Positions 57,338-64,000 of a stretch of 64,000 nucleotides of DNA are shown one piece after another. The position numbers were made by a program, and so were the translations under genes. Within the stretch, counting starts at the first letter, position 1. The number at the start of each line of letters is the position of its first letter. The stretch lies in contig JAFGUJ010000020.1 in NCBI GenBank assembly GCA_016938595.1, positions 17,140 through 81,139 of the forward strand, read 5' to 3'. The notes below the pieces were generated by a model, which was not told where the DNA came from, searched no databases, and worked only from the letters and a program-made list of their open reading frames with translations. This DNA comes from Campylobacterales bacterium. Its GTDB lineage: Bacteria > Campylobacterota > Campylobacteria > Campylobacterales > Sulfurimonadaceae.

Positions 57338-58372
57338 TTATCCTACGATGATGTCGGTGTCGGCTTTGGGAACGACCTGTGCGACGATGGCGGCGCTGAT
57401 CCCCTCGGACAGGCACCGCTCCTCGATTTTGCGGGCATTTTCGGGACTTGCCGCGATCAGCAGCCCCCCGGAGGTCTGGGCGTCGAAGAGGAGCATCTCC
57501 ATGTCAGAACCGATGTCGCGCGAGAAGCGCACTTTTCCCTCCAGATACTCTTTGTTCGCGTAGCTTCCCGCGGGGATGATCCCCATCGAGGCCATCGGAA
57601 TGGCTTCGGGGAAATAGGGGACGGCGGAACTTTGTACCTCGATGGTGAGTTTTCCTCCGGCCATTTCGTGCAGATGCCCCAGAAAACCGAACCCCGTAAC
57701 GTCGGTGCAGGCGTGGGCGCCGAACTCGCGCGCGATCAGAGAGGCCTTGTAGTTGAGGGTCCGCATCGTCTCCGCCGTGCGGATCACCGCCGCATCGTCG
57801 AGCAGATCGGCCTTGATTGCCGTGATCAGGATCCCGAGCCCCAGAGGCTTGGTCAGGACGATCAGGTCCCCCTCACGGAGGGTATTGTTGCGCAGAATCC
57901 GCTCGGGATGGACGAATCCTGTGCAGGAGAGGCCGTAAATCATCTCGGGGGTTTCGATCGTGTGTCCCCCGACGATCACCGCGCCGCACTCGGCGACTTT
58001 GCTCTGGCCGCCGCGGAGGATTTCGGTGAGAATCTCGGTCGTATGGTTTTTGCCGTCGAATCCGACGATGTTGAGGGCGGTTTTGGCGTCACCTCCCATC
58101 GCGAAAACGTCGCTGAGAGAGTTCGCCGCCGCGATCTGGCCGTAGATGAACGGGTCGTCGACGACGGGGGTGATGAAATCGAGCGTCTGTACCATCGCCG
58201 TCGCGTCGTCGATCCGGTAGACCCCGGCGTCCTCGTTCCCCTCGAACCCCACCAGGAGATCCTTATGGAACGAGACGAGGTGGCAGGTGACGTCGCCGAG
58301 CGATCCGGGAGAGAGTTTGGCGGCGCACCCCGAGGCGCGGACGTATTTCGTCAGCTTGGCTTCAGTGTTCAT
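57338..58372 (-). CDS. selD: Selenide, water dikinase (selenophosphate synthetase), Cys form
   Basis: SGCAAKL, EDAGVY, DFITPVVDDP, ANSLSDVFAMG, TDVTGFG and DAQTSGGLL motifs. Confidence 0.95.
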   Translation of the reverse strand: MNTEAKLTKYVRASGCAAKLSPGSLGDVTCHLVSFHKDLLVGFEGNEDAGVYRIDDATAMVQTLDFITPVVDDPFIYGQIAAANSLSDVFAMGGDAKTALNIVGFDGKNHTTEILTEILRGGQSKVAECGAVIVGGHTIETPEMIYGLSCTGFVHPERILRNNTLREGDLIVLTKPLGLGILITAIKADLLDDAAVIRTAETMRTLNYKASLIAREFGAHACTDVTGFGFLGHLHEMAGGKLTIEVQSSAVPYFPEAIPMASMGIIPAGSYANKEYLEGKVRFSRDIGSDMEMLLFDAQTSGGLLIAASPENARKIEERCLSEGISAAIVAQVVPKADTDIIVG

Positions 58373-59390
58373 GAGGGGTCCTCGCACTGAGCTCTTCTTG
58401 CACTCCCCTGAGCGTTGCGGCCGTTTTGAGCGGATCGTCGTTGCACAGAGACATATCAGGGCGGAGGGTGGTTTTGTAGACCTTGTCGTAATACTGCGTC
58501 AGGAGGATTTCGGCGACACGGGAGAGCTCATTGTTTTCGAACGCGGCAATGGCCGAGGCTTTGTCGTCGCGGCTGATGTAGGGGGAGATCCGTTCCATCC
58601 GTTCCCGGAAGAAGGGCTCGTCCATCGTGTCGTACATCCGCATGATCCGCTCGATCCGCTGTTCGAGAGGGGCGGTAATTTCGACACGGAACCCCTGCGC
58701 CATCTGGCGGTTGAGAAGGGCGGGAAGGGTGATTTTGCCGATCCGTTTGCTCTCCGATTCGACAAACGCCCGGCGTGAGGGGATGAGTGAACGGTAGGCA
58801 TGGACGAGGCGGTTTTGAAACTCTTTTTGCGTCGGCTGGGAGCCGTTGACGTCGCCGAAGACCGAGCCGTAGTGGTTGGCCATTTTTTCCAGATCGAGGA
58901 CGTTCTCCAGGCTTTGGAGGAGGTCGCTTTTGCCGCACCCCGTGTTTCCGGCAAGGGTGATGAAGTCGATTTTAGGAAGGTTTTCCAAATAGTCGAGGAC
59001 GAATCGGCGGTACGATTTATATCCCCCCGTGACGCGGTCGATCCTGTAGCCGATGCTGGAGAAGATCGTCCCCAGCGAGGAGGAACGCATCCCGCCCCGG
59101 GCGCAGTAGATGGCGATTTTCGCGTTGGGGGTGAAGGCCGGGTAGAGCTCCTTGACATGGCTGGCAGCATTGACGCAGACATACGATGCCCCCTGAACAC
59201 GGGCCTCGAACGGTGAGACCTGTTTGTAGAGGGTACCGACGATACGGTGTTCTTCATCGCTCAGCGCGTAAAAATTGCGGGCTCCGGGAACACGGGATTC
59301 GCCGTATTCGTGCGGGCTTCGGGCATCGATCACCAGATCGTAGGTGTCAAGCGACTCCAGGAGAGTCTCGATAGGTATGGGTTGCATCAT
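58362..59390 (-). CDS. mnmH: tRNA 2-selenouridine synthase
   Basis: Rhodanese DARSPHEY and YCARGGMRS, GGYKSYR, P-loop GNTGCGKS, ESESKRIG, YYD. Confidence 0.94.
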   Translation of the reverse strand: MMQPIPIETLLESLDTYDLVIDARSPHEYGESRVPGARNFYALSDEEHRIVGTLYKQVSPFEARVQGASYVCVNAASHVKELYPAFTPNAKIAIYCARGGMRSSSLGTIFSSIGYRIDRVTGGYKSYRRFVLDYLENLPKIDFITLAGNTGCGKSDLLQSLENVLDLEKMANHYGSVFGDVNGSQPTQKEFQNRLVHAYRSLIPSRRAFVESESKRIGKITLPALLNRQMAQGFRVEITAPLEQRIERIMRMYDTMDEPFFRERMERISPYISRDDKASAIAAFENNELSRVAEILLTQYYDKVYKTTLRPDMSLCNDDPLKTAATLRGVQEELSARTPHEH

Positions 59391-59396
59391 AACGGA

Positions 59397-59405
59397 ATTT
59401 TATCA
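59397..59405 (-). promoter_or_regulatory. Extended -10 promoter giving a probably leaderless selU operon transcript
   Basis: TGa-TAAAAT ends 6 nt before ATG 59390; no RBS. Confidence 0.55.
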
Positions 59406-59468
59406 TGTGTCGACTGATGGTTCGATGAGTGCCGTCGGGGTGTTCCGCTTCCGAGGCGCACCATTCGC

Positions 59469-60464
59469 TCAGAAATAGTAATACAAGATCATCTTTCCCC
59501 CGTCGGAGAGATCGGTCCGCACATACGCCAGATCCAGGGCAAAACCGTTTTTGAAATCATACGTCCCCCCCGCGAGGAGCCGGTAGGCGGGTGAATCCTC
59601 CTGATCGAGCCAGAGGGCGTAGAGAGAGGAATAGACCCATCCAAAGGGTTCTTTCTGCGTCGCTTTGAGGTAGCGGTAGCGGCTATCCTCGTAGGTACGG
59701 AACCATTCGGCGATGAGGGTGAGGTCGGTGGGGCTTTGGTAGCGCAGTCCCAGCAGGGTGCTTTTGTCTCCTCCTTTGACGCCGAAATCGGCGTGGAGTT
59801 CGAGGCCGTTCCCGACGTCGGTCGAGAGATCGGCACCGAAGGCGTTTTCGGCGAGAATGAGGTCGATGTCGCTTTGCCCGGCGAGGAGATAGAGCTTGGC
59901 GCCGCCGCGGCTGTCGGTGGAGGCAAAATGGTCGCGGTTTTCACCGATGCCGGGGAGCCACAACAGATCGAGGGTGGCGGCGGAGACGATCCCCTCTTCG
60001 GGGGTGCGGGTCATCTGGGCATGGGCCATCCAGAATCCCTCGCGGGAGAGATCGGGGTAGATCGGGTCTTTGGGGCGCTCGAAAAAGGCCAGCGGGGAGT
60101 AGGCATACCCTTTTCCCCACCGCAGCACTTTTTTTCCCAGATCGAGCGATTCGCGCTCATCCCCGAACCGCTGTCTCAGTTCGTTGAGAAGAACCTCCTC
60201 ATCACGGGTGGTGCGGCTGTCGTCACGGTAGAATGCGGAGAGGTCGGCGTGGAGGTTTATGGGAGATTCGTCCCATGTCCCCTGGAGATTAAGCTCGTTG
60301 GCGGAGCGGGCGAAACGGCCGTTGTCGCTCCACTGAAGCGTATTGTCGCTGCGCAGGTAGCCGTGGTGCTCGAAACGCTTTTTTTCGAAGGTTCCGGCAT
60401 CGAAGGAGAACTCCTCCTCTCCCCAGATGAGGAGGGGGAGGAGGAGACACAGCAGGGGTCTCAT
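59469..60464 (-). CDS. Predicted outer-membrane beta-barrel protein
   Basis: Signal peptide, GKKVLRWGKG..Y.P motif, alternating amphipathic strands, C-terminal YYF. Confidence 0.65.
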   Translation of the reverse strand: MRPLLCLLLPLLIWGEEEFSFDAGTFEKKRFEHHGYLRSDNTLQWSDNGRFARSANELNLQGTWDESPINLHADLSAFYRDDSRTTRDEEVLLNELRQRFGDERESLDLGKKVLRWGKGYAYSPLAFFERPKDPIYPDLSREGFWMAHAQMTRTPEEGIVSAATLDLLWLPGIGENRDHFASTDSRGGAKLYLLAGQSDIDLILAENAFGADLSTDVGNGLELHADFGVKGGDKSTLLGLRYQSPTDLTLIAEWFRTYEDSRYRYLKATQKEPFGWVYSSLYALWLDQEDSPAYRLLAGGTYDFKNGFALDLAYVRTDLSDGGKMILYYYF

Positions 60465-61171
60465 CAGCGCAGGTCGTCCAGCTTGGAGAGGTTTTCCAGA
60501 GTAAAGACGGCGTTGTCGAGGGGGCGTTTTTTGATCGACCCGTAGACTATGATCGACTTGAACCCTTTTTGGAGCGGGCTGGTCGTCTCCAGCACCGAGG
60601 GGCGGACGATCCCCCCGCCGAAATCTTTGGGTTTGAGGTAGCGGATCGTTTTGAGGACGATCCCCCCTGCGATGCAGTCGATCGAGGTGGGGAAGAGGCT
60701 TTTTTTGTCGACGTTCATCCGGAGCTTTTCATAGGTGCTCTCGGGGGTTTTGGCGACCAGATCGAGGTGATAGAGCTCGGGAGTCTCTTTTTGGGAAGCG
60801 ATTTTGTACTCTGCGCCGAAATCGACCTGCATGATGTCGGCGTTGTTGAAAACGCCCCCCGTGACACTCTGCATCGAGGCGATCCGCAGCGGTTTGGCAA
60901 TCCCGGGGATGTAGAGCCACATGTTCTGATCGACCCGCAGCGTGGCGCGCCCTTTGTCGCTGGCGGGGGAGAGGAAGAGGGAAGCGACTTTGGTCTTGTC
61001 TTTTTTTACCATGTACATGACGAACTCCTTGCGCGTTCCGTCAGGCTCGATGTTGATCAGCTGCCGCACGCTCTCTGTGGAGAAGGGGTTGAGCTTTTTG
61101 TCGATCTGCTCGAGCAAATCGGCACCGAAGGCCAAGGCAGGGAAGAGGAAAAAGGGGAGTAAATATTTCAT
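60464..61171 (-). CDS. LolA-like outer-membrane lipoprotein-sorting family protein
   Basis: Signal peptide; FLSPASDKG, MWLYIP, RI, F..AD and VFT..NL motifs. Confidence 0.78.
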   Translation of the reverse strand: MKYLLPFFLFPALAFGADLLEQIDKKLNPFSTESVRQLINIEPDGTRKEFVMYMVKKDKTKVASLFLSPASDKGRATLRVDQNMWLYIPGIAKPLRIASMQSVTGGVFNNADIMQVDFGAEYKIASQKETPELYHLDLVAKTPESTYEKLRMNVDKKSLFPTSIDCIAGGIVLKTIRYLKPKDFGGGIVRPSVLETTSPLQKGFKSIIVYGSIKKRPLDNAVFTLENLSKLDDLR

Positions 61172-61172
61172 G

Positions 61173-62384
61173 TTAGCTCCTTAGGGCATCGACGGGGTTC
61201 ATGCGCGCCGCTTTGAGGGCGGGATAGAGGGAAGCGAGGGCGGAGACGACAATGACGAGGACGCCGATGAACGCTACCTGCGTGCACGCCAGGACGGGAG
61301 AGAGGAGGATGTCGTCCTGGCGTCCGAAACGGATCGTCATGTCGCCGATTCCGTAGACGACCCCGTAGGAGAGGGCGGTGCCGACGACGAGTCCGAAGAT
61401 CCCCAGCAACATCCCCTCAAATAAAAAGGTGCTCAGAATAAACGAAGAGGGAGTTCCGATCGCGCTCATGGTGCCGATCTCCTTGATCCGCTCATACACG
61501 CTCATGATCATCACGTTGAGGATCGAGATCAGGACGATCGAGATGAGGATGATCTGGATGGAAATGCTCATCAGGTCGATCATTTTGGCGATGCTGCTAA
61601 AGGGGCTCAGCTCCTCCCATCCGTGAATTTCCAGAGGAGGTTTATTTGAAGCCAGCAGAAGGTGCGTGAGCTTTTGGCGGATTTGGGGAAGGGCGGAGAG
61701 GTCGTGAAGGCGGATGGCGATTTCGTTGGCCTCGTTCTGGTGGAGCCGCAGCAGGGATCGCGAATCGTCGATATGGATGTAGCCATCACGCCCTCCGGGG
61801 CCGGAGATACTCTGGAGGATGCCGGCGACTTTGAAGGTGCGGGCGTTCATCGAACCGATGTTGTTGGTGACGACGAGGACGACGCTGTCGCCGATTTTGA
61901 GGTTCATCCCTTTGGCGACGATGTCGGGGATCAGCACTTCTCCGTGGGCGAAGTCGGCGTTTCCGATGATACGGGAGCGCAGCTGCGGCAGGGTCGAGTG
62001 CTCGATGGCGGGGTCGATTCCGTTGAGACGGAGGTTGGTGGAGGTGTCGAAATTGCTGATCAGGGCCGAATGTTTCAAGCGAAGCGAATACGATACGATC
62101 CCCTCCATGGCGTCGAGTTCGCGCTCTATCGTGCGGAGTTTGTGTTCGGGGATGTTTTTGTCGAGGGGCATGTTGTCGAGACTCGCGACGTACCCCTGCC
62201 GGTGAATCTGCAGATGCCCCAGCATGCTGTCGGTGATCTGGCCGATCATGTAGTGTTTGAAGCTTCCCGAAAAAGCGGCAAAGAGGAGGACAAACATGAC
62301 CCCGATCGCGATCAGGGCGGTTGTGAGGATCATTCTGCGGCGGTTGCGTTTTAACGTGCGGTAGGCGATTTTTAGGCTTTTCAT
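61173..62384 (-). CDS. ABC transporter permease (MacB/LolC/FtsX type)
   Basis: 1+3 TM topology, RNRRR, ERIKEIGTMSAIG and PALKAARMNPVDALR. Confidence 0.9.
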   Translation of the reverse strand: MKSLKIAYRTLKRNRRRMILTTALIAIGVMFVLLFAAFSGSFKHYMIGQITDSMLGHLQIHRQGYVASLDNMPLDKNIPEHKLRTIERELDAMEGIVSYSLRLKHSALISNFDTSTNLRLNGIDPAIEHSTLPQLRSRIIGNADFAHGEVLIPDIVAKGMNLKIGDSVVLVVTNNIGSMNARTFKVAGILQSISGPGGRDGYIHIDDSRSLLRLHQNEANEIAIRLHDLSALPQIRQKLTHLLLASNKPPLEIHGWEELSPFSSIAKMIDLMSISIQIILISIVLISILNVMIMSVYERIKEIGTMSAIGTPSSFILSTFLFEGMLLGIFGLVVGTALSYGVVYGIGDMTIRFGRQDDILLSPVLACTQVAFIGVLVIVVSALASLYPALKAARMNPVDALRS

Positions 62385-63058
62385 CCGTTGCTCCGATCAT
62401 CCATAATCCGGCCGTCCTGGAGGGTGACGATCCGTCTGGCTTCGGTCATGATTTTGGTGTCGTGAGTCGAAAAGACGAAGGTGGTGTTGAATTTCTCCTG
62501 CATCTGTTTCATCAGGTCGATCACCTTTTTGGCCGAGACGCTGTCGAGGTTGGCGGTCGGCTCATCGGCGAGGATGATCCGGGGATTGACGACGAGGGCG
62601 CGCGCGACCGCGACCCGCTGTTTCTGCCCGCCGCTGAGCTGGTCGGGGTATTTGTCGATCTGGTCCAGCATCCCGATCGCTTCGAGCACCTCTTTGACCC
62701 GTTCGCGGGTGTTTTTTTCTCCGAGGATGACCGAGAGGGGGAACTCGACGTTTTCATAGACGGTGAAGCTCTCGATCAGGTTGAAATCCTGAAAGATGAA
62801 CCCCAGATGTTCGGCACGGAAGCTCAGCGCCTCTTTGTTTTTCAGGGACGATACGATCGTGCCGTCGATCGTGATCTCTCCCGAATCGGGTTTGTCGAGG
62901 CAGCCGATCAGGTTAAGGAGGGTGCTTTTGCCGCTGCCGCTGGGGCCGACAATCGCGACGAACTCTCCGTCCCCGATCGTGAGATCAAGCCCTTCGATGA
63001 CGGGGGTGGTCACTTCCCCTTCCTGATAATGTTTGACCAGTTTGACTACCTGTATCAT
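62381..63058 (-). CDS. ABC transporter ATP-binding protein (LolD type)
   Basis: [27 protein letters not shown] and STHD motifs. Confidence 0.93.
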   Translation of the reverse strand: MIQVVKLVKHYQEGEVTTPVIEGLDLTIGDGEFVAIVGPSGSGKSTLLNLIGCLDKPDSGEITIDGTIVSSLKNKEALSFRAEHLGFIFQDFNLIESFTVYENVEFPLSVILGEKNTRERVKEVLEAIGMLDQIDKYPDQLSGGQKQRVAVARALVVNPRIILADEPTANLDSVSAKKVIDLMKQMQEKFNTTFVFSTHDTKIMTEARRIVTLQDGRIMDDRSNG

Positions 63059-63120
63059 AAGCAAATCCAATATCATAAAATATAACAGAGGAGTATAGCA
63101 TAAAAACATTTCTGAAGGAA

Positions 63121-63134
63121 TTGATTCGTGTCAA
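63121..63134. promoter_or_regulatory. Crp/Fnr-family box TTGA-N6-TCAA between divergent promoters
   Basis: TTGATTCGTGTCAA; -10 hexamers at 63092-97 (minus strand, TGc-TATACT) and 63157-62 (plus strand, TATAAT). Confidence 0.6.
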
Positions 63135-63185
63135 GACAGCAGGTACACTACGACGTTATAATTCCGTAAAAAGACGGAGAGAACA

Positions 63186-63593
63186 ATGAAATCGATTTGG
63201 ATGATAGGGATGGCGGCAACCCTGCTGTGCGGTGCGGAAGGACGGAGTGTTTACCAGAAATACTGCCAGCAGTGCCATGTTGAAATGATGGAGAAAAAAG
63301 AGGTTATCCGAAACCTTGGGACCCTAAAGGCACCGCCGATGGTCGAGGTTTCGCACCGTCTGAAAGAAAATGTCATCATCGCCGATGAGGACGACGATGT
63401 GAAACGGCGTGTCATCGTCGCATTCGTCAAAGACTACATCGAAAATCCCAGTATCCAGTACAGCATGTGCCATCCGATGGCGATCGAGAAGTTCGGGATT
63501 ATGCCCTCGCTGAAAGGTAAGCTGAGTGACGAGGAGCGTCAGGCGGTCGCCGAATGGGTCTATGACCGCTACGAAGGGGTCGCGTTTCGCTGA
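63186..63593 (+). CDS. Monoheme c-type cytochrome
   Basis: Signal peptide, CQQCH, APPM and FGIMP motifs. Confidence 0.88.
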   Translation: MKSIWMIGMAATLLCGAEGRSVYQKYCQQCHVEMMEKKEVIRNLGTLKAPPMVEVSHRLKENVIIADEDDDVKRRVIVAFVKDYIENPSIQYSMCHPMAIEKFGIMPSLKGKLSDEERQAVAEWVYDRYEGVAFR

Positions 63594-63711
63594 GTCTATT
63601 TTAGATGTAACGCACTGTAGGAACAAAGTCCCTACAACCTCCTGAAGCTACCCGTATCTTTCGGATGCGGGAGAAAAACTCTTCTTCCAGTACGTGTCAA
63701 GGCTCTGTGAT

Positions 63712-64000
63712 TCAGAGGTGAACAAATCGCTTGCGGCAAAGGTAGAGAACACCACCGAGTAGGAGAGCGGCTCCCCCGGCGATCCAGAATGGGAGGGTAC
63801 TTCCGAAACTGTCCCACAGCCATCCCGCCGCCGCAAGCGAGGCGAGGGTAGCAAACCCGACCGCGGTGTAGTAGACGCCGTACGCGGTCGCTTTGAGCTC
63901 CTGCGGGGCCGTATCGGAGATGATCGCCTTGGCCAGCGCGTTGAATCCGCCGGCGAAAAAGCCGTAAATGGCGAAACCGAGCCATGTTCCCCATTCACTC
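63712..64000 (-). CDS. MFS transporter, 3' part (runs off window; not in the ORF track)
   Basis: Manual translation: WLGFAIYGFFAGGFNALAKAIISDTAPQELKATAYGVYY...AGWLWDSFG...HL*; TGA at 63712-14. Confidence 0.8.
   Translation of the reverse strand, partial: SEWGTWLGFAIYGFFAGGFNALAKAIISDTAPQELKATAYGVYYTAVGFATLASLAAAGWLWDSFGSTLPFWIAGGAALLLGGVLYLCRKRFVHL

Noticed and set aside
57338-58372. Possible selenocysteine (UGA) recoding in SelD or neighbouring redox proteins
   Set aside because: The SelD catalytic position is TGC (SGCAAK); the CPxP, CC, CxxC and GKC motifs in neighbours are all ordinary Cys codons, and no in-frame TGA interrupts them.
63632-63998. ORF-track proteins 63632-63994 and 63648-63998
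   Set aside because: Wrong frames; the third minus-strand frame encodes a clear MFS C-terminus ending at 63712.

Overview
Chromosomal window from a Campylobacterota bacterium. A Sulfuricurvum/Sulfurimonas-like sulfur oxidiser is inferred from the mscS-mtaB-ftsH-like-bioV, folD-lepB-rpiB-apt-trpB-pepA-ychF and flgA-ubiX-coaD-tmk-hisS-speA-cysE gene orders and from TG-n-TAnnnT promoters. Most of it is housekeeping genes plus three tRNAs. No integrase, transposase, CRISPR array or prophage was seen. Two accessory loci stand out. (1) At 55.4-59.4 kb is a tightly coupled operon: selU/mnmH, selD, a Tat-exported transglutaminase-like protein, a TusA/YedF-MerT FUSION and a MerP-like protein, with no merA or merR. 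It looks like a mercury-transporter-type thiol relay attached to selenophosphate synthesis, i.e. a candidate undescribed selenium uptake or Se/Hg handling system. (2) At 6.1-16.3 kb is a near-complete Tad/Flp pilus locus with unusual parts: pilin-like proteins lacking Glu+5, a probable ATT-start prepilin peptidase, a secretin with an SH3-like tail, a Met/Phe-rich 555-aa secreted protein, and a shared direct-repeat motif at both promoters. It is followed by two c-di-GMP genes. Other observations: a type E (CCG-anchor) sdhABE without a Tat signal, speA broken by one in-frame TAA, a Crp/Fnr-type box centred between divergent promoters at 63.1 kb, several apparently leaderless genes, and an orphan traT. 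All calls come from reading motifs by eye; no database searches were run.
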